Of a stretch of DNA of 64,000 nucleotides, positions 29,414 to 39,701 are shown in pieces; the stretch's first letter is position 1; each line of letters begins with the position of its first letter. Position numbers and translations under genes: made by a program. Source of the stretch: Gemmatimonadales bacterium (GTDB lineage Bacteria; Gemmatimonadota; Gemmatimonadetes; Gemmatimonadales; JACORV01). The DNA lies in contig JBEKVZ010000002.1 in assembly GCA_049513575.1 (NCBI GenBank), forward strand, positions 462,186 to 526,185, given 5' to 3'. Below the pieces are notes generated by a model. It had not been told where the DNA came from. It ran no database searches and worked only from the letters and a program-made list of their open reading frames with translations.

Positions 29414-32400
29414 CTAGTCAGGCCCTCCCGGTCGTCTCGCTCCGCGGAAGTTCGGTGTGGCCGTGAAGTTCTTCAGCGCCGCCGGCACCCGGTCCCACTG
29501 CTCGTCGCGCAGGAACGAGTGCACCTCGACGATCACGTGGGCCACATCGTCGCGCGCCGCCTGGAAGAGCGGCCTGAGCTGCGGCATCAGGGCCATCAGC
29601 TTGGTCGGGTCGGGGCTGGTGCCCAGCCGCTCGAAGACCCGCTTGAGGGAATCCACCTTCTCGGCCTTGCGGGCATCCAGCGAGTCGGCCACCGGCGTCA
29701 GCAGCGCGACCTGGCCCGAATCGAGCTTCAGGGAGTCGCGCATCGCGAGCACGATGCGGGCGGGGTTCGGCAGGGCTGAATCGATGCGGGCGATCAGCAC
29801 GGACGGCGTGATCTCGGGCCGGAACCCGCCCATCCCGAAGCCCGCCGCGCCGCCGCCCATGCCGCCTGTGAAGCCGCCGCCCGCCCGCATCGCGTCCAGG
29901 GCCTGGCGCACCCGGTCCGGCCCGATCGTCAGGCGCGCCTGGATGCCGATCTGGAACGGCGGACGGTACGCGGTCGCCGAGCCGTAGGTAGCGCCGAACC
30001 GCTCGTTCACCTGGTACGAGTAGCTGTTGGTCGCCGGATTGAAGCCGGTGACATAGAGCAGCGTGCCGTCGGGCCGCGTCTGCAGGCCCCAGCCCTCCGC
30101 ACCGTTCACGCCATGCAGCAGCTCGTCGAGCCCGCGCAGGAAGTTGAACGTCACGACCGAGATCTGGAGCCGGTGGTTCAGGCCCCAGAAGGCGGGACGC
30201 CAGTTCAGCTGGAAGTCGAGCGACCCCTGCCACGGGCCGGTGCACGAGTTGCGGCCCGCGATCTGGCCGATCTGGCTCATCAGGCAGGAGCGCACGCTCG
30301 GCGACGCGGTGGCGAGCAGCCGGGACATCCCCTGCGCCACGGCGGTGGTGTCGTTCGGCGCGAAGATGAACGCCCGATCGTTCCGCTGACCGTCGCCGTT
30401 CACGTCGCCGCCGACCATCGGGGTGAAAGGCTGGCCCGAGGTCAGGCGCCCGACCGAAGTGATCTCGAGCGCGGTGGAGAAGGGGTAGGTGATGGTGAGC
30501 ACGAGCTGGTGCCGGCGCTCGTAGTCGCTGCGTCCCCACTCGATGACGTCGGGATCGCCCGCCGTGGTGCCCCGCACGCCGGTCGTCTGATCGCGCGAGC
30601 GCTGCCAGGTGTACGACAGCTGGAAGACCACGGCCGGGCCGACGATGCCGCCCAGGCTCGCCGTCACCTGCTCCGAGGTGGTCTTGAGCCCCGAGAACGC
30701 CTCCACCACGCTGCTGAAGGCCGTATCCAAGCGCGAGGCGATGAAGCTCGGCGCGCCGGTCGCCGGGGCGATCGTGGTCGCCGGCACGTAGACGGGGCGG
30801 TTCCCTTCATTGGCCAATGTGAACTTCGGCGTGGAGTTCAGGTTGAGGTCGGTGTAGCCGGTCTGCTGGACGCCCGCCGCGACGCTCGCGTCCACATTGA
30901 ACCGCAGAAGTTGGTTCAGCCGGCGCTCGACGCCGAGCGAGGCGCGCCACGCGCGCGGCGTCTCGAAGCCGGGCGCAAGGACCGTCACGGTGGGCGCCCC
31001 AGTCAGTCCGCCCGACTGCGGGCCGCCACTGCCGCCCAGGCACCCGGACGGGATCGAGTCGGCGCTGCCGTAGTACGCCCCCCAGTCGGGGAGGGGCACG
31101 GCGGAGCCGATGCAGGTGACCTGCGATTGAGACTGCCCCAGGCCCGTCGCTGCCCGGGCCTGCGCCACGAGGGCGGTGGGCGGCTGGTTCCGGAACTCAC
31201 CGACGCCGCCGCGGATGACCCAGCTGGCCGGCTGGAAGAACCCGCCCCCGAAGCCGCCGGCCCCGCCGGGACCGAAGTTCGAGCCGCCGATCGTCCAGGT
31301 GAAGCCGGCGCGCGGCGAGACGTGCCATTCGCTCGGAAGACGATCGGTCCTGAGTCCGAAGGCCGAGTCCACCGCCGGGTTGTACGCCGGCAGGTCGCCG
31401 AAACTGGCGCCATCGAGCCGCACACCGTACGTGAGCTGGAAGGTGCGCTGGATCACCCACACGTCGGCCGCGTAGAAGCCGAACTGCTGATCGTTCGATC
31501 GGCGCTCGACGGCATCGAGAGTGCGGCGGAACATCGCCGCCTGACCGGAGTCGAGCGCGCCGAGGGAGTTGTAAGTGAACGTGCCGAGCGAGTTACCGCC
31601 GAACAGGTTATCGCTCCGCTCCGTGAGCCACGTTCCGCCCACCTTGATCCGGTGATGCCCGGCGCCGGGGAGCAACGACAGCTCGTCGGCCCCCTCGAAG
31701 CTGGACGAGGTCGAGTGCGTGGGCAGCCCGGCGTTGCCGCCGAAGACCAGCGTCGTCACGCTGAGCGTGGTGTCCGGCAGGGTGGAGGCGACCTGCACGC
31801 GCCCCTGCGGCAGCGTGCTGAAGGGATCGCCGTTGTTCCTGGCGCCCTGCCAGAAGCCGTGCACCTCGTTCAGCACCGTGGCGCCAAAATGCGAGGTGAC
31901 CGTGGCCATGAACCCGCCGCTCGAGTTGGTCAGGTCCCCGCCGGTCTGCGGGAGCGCGAGCGTGCCGACGCGCGCTGGATCCTGGCTCGTCCCGTTCCAG
32001 TTTCCCCGCAGGGTCAGCGTGTGCTCGTTGCTCAGGAGCCAGTCGAACCGCGCCAGCCCCGAGTAGTTGTTGCTCGCGCGGGTGGCACCGCCCGTCACGC
32101 TGTTGACCGGCACGCCCAGCGAGTCCACGATCTGCAGGAACCGGCTCACCGAGTCTGGTGCCACGCCAAGGTGGGTGAAATCGGTCGGGCTCCCCGACAA
32201 CAGCGTCTGCTGGGGATCGGAGCGCAAGCGCGCCATGCCCGAGACGAAGAGGAACGCCTTGTCCTTGACGATCGGCCCCCCGATGCCGGCGCTCACCTGG
32301 CTCTGCGTGTAGCCCTGGGTATAAGGAGAATCGCCAGGATTCACCGCGAAGTCCGGGTTCCGGTATGTGAACATCGAGGACCCCTGGACGACGTTGCTGC

Positions 32401-33148
32401 CGCTGCGCGTGGTCGAGGAGACGAGGCCGCCGGAGAACTGCCCCCGCGAGACGTCGTAGGTGCTGGTCACGACACGCGTCTGGCGGAGCCCCTCCTGCGG
32501 CACCGTGGTGTTGCCGAACAGGAGCCCGTCCAGGGTCACCGCGTTGGCGTCCGGTCCGAGGCCCGCCACGGAAAAGGACGAGGCGGTGGAGTCGGTCCCG
32601 CCGAGCGGGAGCACGCCGGCCACCAGCCCGGCGAGCGACGCGAGGTCGGTCGGGTCCAAGGGGAGCTGCGCCAGCTGGTCGGGATTGAAGGCGCGCTCGA
32701 GCGAGCCGGGCGTCGGCGCTTCGCCCCCGCGCAGGTTCTGCTGTCCAGTGACGTCGATCCCTTCCAGGGTGATGGGGCTTCCCCGCAGCTGGACGTTCCA
32801 GGTGAGGCGGTCCTCGTCTGCGTCCCGCTGGACGAGCTGGATGCGCGGGGTCATGCCGAGCACCCGCACGCTCATCCGGTACTGCCCGCCGCCGTCGGTG
32901 AAGAGGATCGTGAAGCGGCCGCGCGCGTCGGTGCGCGCCCGGCGCGTGACCTGCGTCTCCAGCGAGAACGCTTCGACCGTCGCGTCCGGGATGGGCGTGC
33001 CGTCGTCGGCCGTGATGACGCCGGTGATGATGTCGGTGCCCTGCCCGACCTGGGCGGCGGCGCGTGCAGGCGCCAGGAGCCACAGGGCCCCAAGGAACAG
33101 GAAAAGCGGCAGCCAGGGACGACGCTTCATGGGTGGCACCAGGATCAT
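29414..33148 (-). CDS. Oar-like TonB-dependent outer-membrane receptor with carboxypeptidase-regulatory N-domain and a helical C-terminal extension (start 33148 or 33130)
   Basis: Signal peptide; TDARGRF; plug-like NAVTLDG..YDVSRGQFSGG..TTRSG; amphipathic beta strands. Confidence 0.85.
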   Translation of the reverse strand: MILVPPMKRRPWLPLFLFLGALWLLAPARAAAQVGQGTDIITGVITADDGTPIPDATVEAFSLETQVTRRARTDARGRFTILFTDGGGQYRMSVRVLGMTPRIQLVQRDADEDRLTWNVQLRGSPITLEGIDVTGQQNLRGGEAPTPGSLERAFNPDQLAQLPLDPTDLASLAGLVAGVLPLGGTDSTASSFSVAGLGPDANAVTLDGLLFGNTTVPQEGLRQTRVVTSTYDVSRGQFSGGLVSSTTRSGSNVVQGSSMFTYRNPDFAVNPGDSPYTQGYTQSQVSAGIGGPIVKDKAFLFVSGMARLRSDPQQTLLSGSPTDFTHLGVAPDSVSRFLQIVDSLGVPVNSVTGGATRASNNYSGLARFDWLLSNEHTLTLRGNWNGTSQDPARVGTLALPQTGGDLTNSSGGFMATVTSHFGATVLNEVHGFWQGARNNGDPFSTLPQGRVQVASTLPDTTLSVTTLVFGGNAGLPTHSTSSSFEGADELSLLPGAGHHRIKVGGTWLTERSDNLFGGNSLGTFTYNSLGALDSGQAAMFRRTLDAVERRSNDQQFGFYAADVWVIQRTFQLTYGVRLDGASFGDLPAYNPAVDSAFGLRTDRLPSEWHVSPRAGFTWTIGGSNFGPGGAGGFGGGFFQPASWVIRGGVGEFRNQPPTALVAQARAATGLGQSQSQVTCIGSAVPLPDWGAYYGSADSIPSGCLGGSGGPQSGGLTGAPTVTVLAPGFETPRAWRASLGVERRLNQLLRFNVDASVAAGVQQTGYTDLNLNSTPKFTLANEGNRPVYVPATTIAPATGAPSFIASRLDTAFSSVVEAFSGLKTTSEQVTASLGGIVGPAVVFQLSYTWQRSRDQTTGVRGTTAGDPDVIEWGRSDYERRHQLVLTITYPFSTALEITSVGRLTSGQPFTPMVGGDVNGDGQRNDRAFIFAPNDTTAVAQGMSRLLATASPSVRSCLMSQIGQIAGRNSCTGPWQGSLDFQLNWRPAFWGLNHRLQISVVTFNFLRGLDELLHGVNGAEGWGLQTRPDGTLLYVTGFNPATNSYSYQVNERFGATYGSATAYRPPFQIGIQARLTIGPDRVRQALDAMRAGGGFTGGMGGGAAGFGMGGFRPEITPSVLIARIDSALPNPARIVLAMRDSLKLDSGQVALLTPVADSLDARKAEKVDSLKRVFERLGTSPDPTKLMALMPQLRPLFQAARDDVAHVIVEVHSFLRDEQWDRVPAALKNFTATPNFRGARRPGGPD

Positions 33149-33340
33149 GGGTCTCTCACGACTCATCTCTATGTACGGCGCAGAGGTAGACTGTGCTGAG
33201 CGGGGCGGCGTTAACCGTCCCGCGGCGGCCCCGTCGGCGGGGCCCGGCCGCCTCAACGGAAAGGGCGGCAGCGCGTATCTTTCTCGGGTAGTTGCCTCCC
33301 TTCGCCGTGCCGAGCTGTCCCCTTCATTCGCGAGATCCCC

Positions 33341-35758
33341 ATGCGTCGCGCCGCGTCCGCCCCGGTCCTCCTGCTCGCCGCCTTTCTCGCCGTGTTCGCC
33401 GGGCGGCTGATCGCCCAGGAGCCGTACCGTCTGCCGCCCAAGGTCGTGGTGGACATCCTCGACGCGCCGCCGGCTCCTTTGACCGCGCTGAGCCCGGATC
33501 GCACCTGGCTCCTTCTCGCCGACCGCGCGGCGATGCCGACCATCGCCGAGCTGTCGCAGCCGATGCTCCGCCTCGCCGGCAGCCGCATCAACCCGGCGAC
33601 CAGTGCGCCGTTCCGCGCCGCCACGTTCACGGCCTTGAGGCTCGTGCGCGTCGCCGACGGCCAGGTGCGCCAGATTGGCGTACCGGCCGGCGCGAGGATC
33701 GGCTGGCTGGAGTGGGCGCCCGACTCGCGCCGGGTGGCGTTCGCCACCGTCGGCCCGACGGGGCTCGCCCTCTGGGTGGCGTCCGTGGACAGCGCTGACG
33801 TGCGATCCTTGGCGGCGCCGCCGCTCAACGCGACGCTCGGCGCGCCGTGCGGCTGGATGCCGGATGCCTCCGAACTGCTCTGCCGCTTCATCCTGGAGGG
33901 TCGCGGTAGCGCCCCCGCGGCCTCGCGGGTGCCCCCCGGTCCGCACGTGCAGGCGGCGGAGGGCAGGGAGTCGCCGGCGCCGACGTACGAGGACCTGCTG
34001 CAGAACCCCGACGACGAGCGAGCGTTCGACTACTACTTCACCTCCAGGCTCGGCCGCGTGAACGTCGCGACCGGAAACGTCACGTGGCTGGGTGATCCGG
34101 GCATGTACGACGCGGCCGAGTCTTCGCCCGACGGCCGGTTCATCCTGGTGCAGCGCATCCACGCACCGTACTCCTATTCCGTCCCGGCGAGCCGCTTCCC
34201 GCTGTACATCGAAGTGTGGGATCGCGACGGACACGCGGTCCACCGCATCGCCGACCTGCCGCTGGCCGACCATATCCCGATCCGCGGCGTCCGCGCCGGG
34301 CCGCGCGCGCTCGAGTGGCGCCCCGACAAGCCCGCCACGCTGGTCTGGGCCGAGGCGCTGGACGGCGGAGACCTGCGCCGGCCGGCGCCCCAGCGCGATC
34401 GCATCGTCGCCGTCACGTTGCCTGACGGGGAGAACACCGAGATCATTCGCACCGAATTCCGGTTCGGCGGCCTGGTCTGGGGCGCGCGCGACGGCCTGGC
34501 GCTGCTCACCGAGTTCGACCGTTCGGCGCGGCGGACGCGGCAGTGGCTGCTCGACGCCGACCGCCCGGGCGCCGAGCCGCGGCAGCTCTTCGACCGCAGC
34601 TCCGAGGACGTCTACGGCGATCCGGGCCGCCCCGTGATGGCGCCGACGCCGGGCGGCGGGATGGCGATGCTCGAGTCGCCGGATGGCCGCGCCATCTATC
34701 TGGCCGGCGCCGGCGCGTCGCCTCAGGGCGAGCACCCGTTCCTCGACCGGCTCGACCTCCGGACGCTGAAGACGCAGCGCCTGTTCGTCTCCGCGGATCC
34801 GTATTACGAGACCGTGACCGCCGTGCTCGATCCCGCCGGCACGCGCATCCTCACCAGCCGGGAGTCGCAGACGGAGCCGCCCAACGTGTTCGTGCGCGAC
34901 CTCGGGCGCCGGCCTGCCATGCGGCAGCTCACCGACGTGCGCGATCCCGCGCCGCAGATGCACGGCGTCGAGAAGCGGCTGGTGACCGCTCAGCGGGCGG
35001 ACGGGGTCAGCCTGTCCGGAACGCTCTATCTCCCGCCGGACTATCAGGCCGGCACGAAGCTGCCGCTGATTCTGTGGGTCTATCCTGCCGAGTTCGGCTC
35101 GGCCGACGCGGCGGGCCAGGTGCGCGGCTCCCCCAACCGGTTCACGCGCCTGTCCGGCGGGTCCGAGCTGTACCTCCTGACGCAGGGGTACGCGGTGCTG
35201 GACAACCCCAGCCTCCCGGTGGTCGGAGGCGACACGGCGAATAACCACTACGTCTCCCAGGTGGTGGAGGGCGCGCGGGCCTGGATCGCGCGGATGACGG
35301 AGCTGGGCGTGTCGGATGGGTGGCGCGTCGGCGTGGGCGGGCACAGCTACGGCGCCTTCACGACGGCGAACCTGCTCGCCCACTCGCACCTCTTCCGCAC
35401 CGGCATCGCGGAGAGCGGCGCGTACAATCGCACGCTGACGCCCTTCGGGTTCCAGAACGAGGAGCGCACCTATTGGCAGGCGCCCGACGTGTACACCCGG
35501 ATGTCACCGTTCACCTACGCCGACAGCATCAAGGAGCCGATTCTCCTGATGCACGGCGAGGCGGACGACAACACGGGCACCTTCCCGATCCAGTCCGACC
35601 GGCTGTTCGCCGCGCTGAAGGGCCTCGGCGCCCGGGCCACGCTGGTGACCTATCCGTACGAGGCGCACGGGTACGCCGCACGCGAGACGCTGCTCGACCG
35701 CCTGGCGCGGATGATCGAGTGGTACGACCGGTACGTGAAGAGCGCGGTGAGGCCGTAG
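33341..35758 (+). CDS. S9 family (prolyl oligopeptidase-like) peptidase, secreted
   Basis: Signal peptide; GGHSYG, HGEADDN, EAHGY catalytic triad motifs. Confidence 0.92.
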   Translation: MRRAASAPVLLLAAFLAVFAGRLIAQEPYRLPPKVVVDILDAPPAPLTALSPDRTWLLLADRAAMPTIAELSQPMLRLAGSRINPATSAPFRAATFTALRLVRVADGQVRQIGVPAGARIGWLEWAPDSRRVAFATVGPTGLALWVASVDSADVRSLAAPPLNATLGAPCGWMPDASELLCRFILEGRGSAPAASRVPPGPHVQAAEGRESPAPTYEDLLQNPDDERAFDYYFTSRLGRVNVATGNVTWLGDPGMYDAAESSPDGRFILVQRIHAPYSYSVPASRFPLYIEVWDRDGHAVHRIADLPLADHIPIRGVRAGPRALEWRPDKPATLVWAEALDGGDLRRPAPQRDRIVAVTLPDGENTEIIRTEFRFGGLVWGARDGLALLTEFDRSARRTRQWLLDADRPGAEPRQLFDRSSEDVYGDPGRPVMAPTPGGGMAMLESPDGRAIYLAGAGASPQGEHPFLDRLDLRTLKTQRLFVSADPYYETVTAVLDPAGTRILTSRESQTEPPNVFVRDLGRRPAMRQLTDVRDPAPQMHGVEKRLVTAQRADGVSLSGTLYLPPDYQAGTKLPLILWVYPAEFGSADAAGQVRGSPNRFTRLSGGSELYLLTQGYAVLDNPSLPVVGGDTANNHYVSQVVEGARAWIARMTELGVSDGWRVGVGGHSYGAFTTANLLAHSHLFRTGIAESGAYNRTLTPFGFQNEERTYWQAPDVYTRMSPFTYADSIKEPILLMHGEADDNTGTFPIQSDRLFAALKGLGARATLVTYPYEAHGYAARETLLDRLARMIEWYDRYVKSAVRP

Positions 35759-35780
35759 CGCGCCTCGATATATTTGCAGG

Positions 35781-38468
35781 ATGACGACCAATTCCTTCGG
35801 CGCCCGCGCCCAGCTCCGCGTCGGCGGCCGCACGTACCGCGTCTGGCGCCTCGATGCGCTCGCCAAGGCGGGCTTCGACGTCGCCCGTCTCCCGTACTCG
35901 CTCAAGATCCTGCTGGAGAACCTGCTGCGCCTGGAGGACGGCGTCTCCGTCCGCGCGGGCGACATCGAGGCCCTCGCCCGCTGGGAGCCGAAGGCCGAGC
36001 CGTCGCACGAGATCGCGTTCATGCCGGCCCGGGTGCTCCTGCAGGACTTCACCGGCGTCCCCGCGGTCGTGGATCTCGCGGCGATGCGCGACGCGATGCG
36101 GGCGCTGGGCGGCGACCCGAAGAAGATCAACCCGCTCCTCCCGGCCGAGCTCGTCATCGACCACTCGGTCCAGGTGGACGCGTTCGGCGTGCCGACCGCC
36201 TTCCAGGTCAACGCGGACCTGGAATTGGAGCGGAACCGGGAGCGCTACGCCTTCCTGCGCTGGGGCCAGCGCGCGTTCCGCAACTTCCGCGTCGTGCCGC
36301 CGGACACGGGCATCGTGCACCAGGTGAACCTGGAGTACCTGGCGCGCGTGGTGTTCTCCACGGAAAACCAGGAGCCGCTGGCGTATCCCGACACGCTGAT
36401 CGGCACGGACTCCCACACCACGATGGTGAACGGCCTCGGGGTCCTGGGGTGGGGCGTCGGCGGGATCGAGGCCGAGGCCGCGATGCTGGGACAGCCGACG
36501 ACGATGCTGATCCCGCAGGTCATCGGCTTCAAACTCATCGGCCGTCTCGCCGAGGGCGCGACCGCGACCGACCTGGTGCTCACCGTGACGGAGATGCTCC
36601 GGAAGAAGGGCGTGGTCGGGAAGTTCGTGGAGTTCTTCGGGTCCGGCGTGGCGACGCTGCCGATCGCGGACCGCGCGACGATCGGCAACATGGCGCCGGA
36701 GTACGGCGCGACCTGCGGCATCTTCCCCGTGGACGCGGAGGCGCTGCGCTATCTCCGTTTCACGGGGCGGCCGGAGTGGCGGATCGCGCTGGTCGAGGCG
36801 TACGCGAAGGAGCAGGGGCTGTTCCATCACGGCGCGTCGCCCGAGCCGGCTTTCAGCGACACGCTCGAGCTCGATCTCGGCAGCGTTGAGCCGAGCATCG
36901 CCGGCCCGAAGCGCCCGCAGGACCGGGTCGGCCTCAAGGGCGCGAAGCAGGCGTTCGCCGCCGCGCTCCCCGGTCTCGTGCCACCCGGCTCGCCGAGCCG
37001 GCCCGTCCCCCTGACGCTCGAGGGCGCGGAGCACCAGCTGCAGCACGGCTCCGTGGTCATCGCCGCGATCACCAGCTGCACCAACACCTCGAACCCGTCC
37101 GTGATGGTGGCGGCGGGCCTGCTCGCGAAGAAGGCGGTGGAGCGCGGCCTCCAGACCCGGCCGTGGGTGAAGACGAGCCTCGCGCCGGGCTCCAAGGTCG
37201 TCACCGACTACCTCGCCGAGGCGGGGCTGATGCCGTACCTGGAGCGGCTGCGCTTCTATTTGGTCGGGTACGGCTGCACCACCTGCATCGGGAACAGTGG
37301 CCCGCTGCCGGAGCCGGTCTCTGCGGCGATCAAGGAAGGGCAGCTGGTCGCCCTGTCGGTGCTGTCGGGGAACCGCAACTTCGAGGGCCGCATCCAGTCC
37401 GAAGTCCGCGGCAACTACCTGATGAGTCCGCCTCTGGTGGTCGCGTACGCGCTGGCGGGGCGGATGGACCTCGATCTGCTCACGGAGCCCCTCGGCCACG
37501 ACCCCGGAGGGAAGCCGGTCTTTCTCAGGGACCTCTGGCCCACGGCAAAGGAAGTCGCCGAGACGGTCGAGAAGGCGCTCAAGGCCGACATGTTCAGCAA
37601 GGAGTACGGCAGCGTCTTCGAGGGCGATGCGCGCTGGAAGGGGCTGCCGGTGCCCGAGGGGGAGCTGTACGGTTGGGACGAGGCGTCGGCGTACATCCGG
37701 CGGGCGCCGTACTTCGACGGGATGCCGAAGAAGCCCGGCAAGGTCGTCGACATCACGGGCGCGCGCGTCCTCGCCTTCCTCGGCGACAGCATCACCACCG
37801 ACCACATCTCGCCAGCCGGCTCGATCCGCAGGGACGGCCCGGCCGGGCGCTACCTCCTCGAGCGCGGCATCGCGCCCCAGGATTTCAACTCGTACGGGTC
37901 GCGCCGCGGCAACCACGAGGTGATGGTGCGCGGCACCTTCGCCAACGTTCGGATCAGGAACAGGCTCGTGCCGGGGACGGAAGGGGGACTGACGCGCCAC
38001 CTGCCGGACGGCGAGCGGATGTCCATCTACGATGCGTCGGTCCGGTACCAGGCCGCCGGCGTGCCGCTCGTGGTGTTGGCCGGGAAGGAGTACGGCGCCG
38101 GCTCATCGCGCGACTGGGCGGCGAAGGGGCCGCGCCTGCTCGGCGTGAAGGGTGTGATCGCCGAAGGCTACGAGCGGATCCACCGCAGCAATCTCGTGGG
38201 GATGGGGGTCCTCCCGTTGCAGTTCAAGACGGGGGAGACTGCGGAGTTGCTGGGCCTGACGGGCGAGGAAGTGTTCGACCTGCTGGGCATCCCGGCCGCG
38301 CTCGACGGGAAGGGGGCGAAGGAAGTCACCGTGCGGGCGAAGCCCGTTGGCGGCGCCGTGAAGGAATTCCGCGCGGTGGTCCGGATCGACACGCCGATGG
38401 AGGTCGAGTACTACCGGCACGGCGGGATCCTGGAGTACGTGCTGCGGCAGCTCGCCGGCGTCGCTTGA
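35781..38468 (+). CDS. acnA: Aconitate hydratase AcnA
   Basis: [51 protein letters not shown]. Confidence 0.97.
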   Translation: MTTNSFGARAQLRVGGRTYRVWRLDALAKAGFDVARLPYSLKILLENLLRLEDGVSVRAGDIEALARWEPKAEPSHEIAFMPARVLLQDFTGVPAVVDLAAMRDAMRALGGDPKKINPLLPAELVIDHSVQVDAFGVPTAFQVNADLELERNRERYAFLRWGQRAFRNFRVVPPDTGIVHQVNLEYLARVVFSTENQEPLAYPDTLIGTDSHTTMVNGLGVLGWGVGGIEAEAAMLGQPTTMLIPQVIGFKLIGRLAEGATATDLVLTVTEMLRKKGVVGKFVEFFGSGVATLPIADRATIGNMAPEYGATCGIFPVDAEALRYLRFTGRPEWRIALVEAYAKEQGLFHHGASPEPAFSDTLELDLGSVEPSIAGPKRPQDRVGLKGAKQAFAAALPGLVPPGSPSRPVPLTLEGAEHQLQHGSVVIAAITSCTNTSNPSVMVAAGLLAKKAVERGLQTRPWVKTSLAPGSKVVTDYLAEAGLMPYLERLRFYLVGYGCTTCIGNSGPLPEPVSAAIKEGQLVALSVLSGNRNFEGRIQSEVRGNYLMSPPLVVAYALAGRMDLDLLTEPLGHDPGGKPVFLRDLWPTAKEVAETVEKALKADMFSKEYGSVFEGDARWKGLPVPEGELYGWDEASAYIRRAPYFDGMPKKPGKVVDITGARVLAFLGDSITTDHISPAGSIRRDGPAGRYLLERGIAPQDFNSYGSRRGNHEVMVRGTFANVRIRNRLVPGTEGGLTRHLPDGERMSIYDASVRYQAAGVPLVVLAGKEYGAGSSRDWAAKGPRLLGVKGVIAEGYERIHRSNLVGMGVLPLQFKTGETAELLGLTGEEVFDLLGIPAALDGKGAKEVTVRAKPVGGAVKEFRAVVRIDTPMEVEYYRHGGILEYVLRQLAGVA

Positions 38469-38475
38469 TTACTGA

Positions 38476-39345
38476 CTAACGGAGCCTGACGAGCTCCACT
38501 TCGGCGGCGATGAATCCGAACGCCGGCCACCCACCGCTCGCGACGGCCCGCCGGAAGTACGTCCGAGCCCGCACGGTGTCGCCAGCGACGAGGTACCAGT
38601 TGCCGATGCCGTAGGCCAGCGTGGCCAGCTGGATGTCGGCGGTGTCGGCGGGACTGATCAGGTTCTCGGGCTTGAGGCGGCCCTGGTAGAGGCGGAGACG
38701 CTGGACGTAGGCGTATCCAGCCGGCACCTGCAAGGAGTCACGCAGCGTATTCAGCACGGCCGCCGCTTCGTTTCGCCGGCCAGCGCGCGACAGAGACATC
38801 CAGAGCCAGTCGGTCGAGCCCGCCAGTTCGTTGTCGTTAGGCGCCATCGGCCGCGCCCGCGCGAAGGCTTGGGCGGCGGTGCCGAACTCCCCCCGCAGGT
38901 AGTGCACGACACCCAGGTGATACCAGATGTCGTAGTTGGTGGTATCGAGGCGCACGCCGCGCTCGAGATCGGCCAGCGCGTGAGGGAATTCGCGCACCGA
39001 GATGTAACGGTGGCCTCGGTAGCGGTAGAGCAGGGCGTTGTCGGGGGCGACGCCGAGGCCGCGCGTGTAGGTCTCGATCGCCTCTCGGTACTGCCGCACC
39101 GCGGCCTGCGCGAGGCCCAGCTGGATGACGCGGTTCACGTCGTGCGGGGCGAGCGCCAGGGCGCTCTCGGCCCGTGCGACCGCTCCGGTATCTGCCTGGG
39201 CGAAGTAACTGGTTCCGGCTGGTGAGACGTACTCGGGCCGCTGGGCCGCGGCCGGCGTCGCCGCAGCGCCGGCCAGGAGGAGCGACAGCGCCGCCCAACC
39301 GCGGGGGCGGCTCACGCGCGCCGGCTCGCCGGAGCCGAGCCGCAC
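38476..39345 (-). CDS. Tetratricopeptide repeat protein, secreted
   Basis: Signal peptide; several TPR-like repeats (YRYRGHRY, WYHLGVVHYL); GTG overlaps upstream TAG. Confidence 0.8.
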   Translation of the reverse strand: MRLGSGEPARVSRPRGWAALSLLLAGAAATPAAAQRPEYVSPAGTSYFAQADTGAVARAESALALAPHDVNRVIQLGLAQAAVRQYREAIETYTRGLGVAPDNALLYRYRGHRYISVREFPHALADLERGVRLDTTNYDIWYHLGVVHYLRGEFGTAAQAFARARPMAPNDNELAGSTDWLWMSLSRAGRRNEAAAVLNTLRDSLQVPAGYAYVQRLRLYQGRLKPENLISPADTADIQLATLAYGIGNWYLVAGDTVRARTYFRRAVASGGWPAFGFIAAEVELVRLR

Positions 39346-39614
39346 TAGTCGCCCGGCGGCAGGAGCCGGTCCCGCTGCGCCACGCGCACGCCGAAGCCCA
39401 CGCCCACGCCGAGCCCCACGGCCGTCAGCCCGGTGATGACCGGCAGGAGCGTGAATGGCGTCGCGACGAGCGCCGCCGCGGCGCCGGCGATCCAGGGCGC
39501 CGGCCTGGTGTAGACGGCGTCCACGAACCGCAGGCGCCTTCTCACGAATCCCTTGGCCCAGGCGTAGCCTCCACCCAGAGCCGCAGCACTGACCAACAGC
39601 GTCGGTAGGACCAT
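39345..39614 (-). CDS. Small hypothetical membrane protein
   Basis: SD GGGAGG; three hydrophobic Gly-rich segments. Confidence 0.75.
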   Translation of the reverse strand: MVLPTLLVSAAALGGGYAWAKGFVRRRLRFVDAVYTRPAPWIAGAAAALVATPFTLLPVITGLTAVGLGVGVGFGVRVAQRDRLLPPGD

Positions 39615-39701
39615 ACCTCCCTTACGATAACCGCGGGCCGGAGGATTCGCAGCCGGCGTCGCTTCCGCTCCCCCGCGCCGGAGCGCACATTAGGGAGCGC
39701 A

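Noticed and set aside
33149-35389. Apparent 1991-aa ORF extending the TonB receptor
   Set aside because: Upstream part is the antisense of the S9 peptidase; the signal peptide marks the real start near 33148/33130
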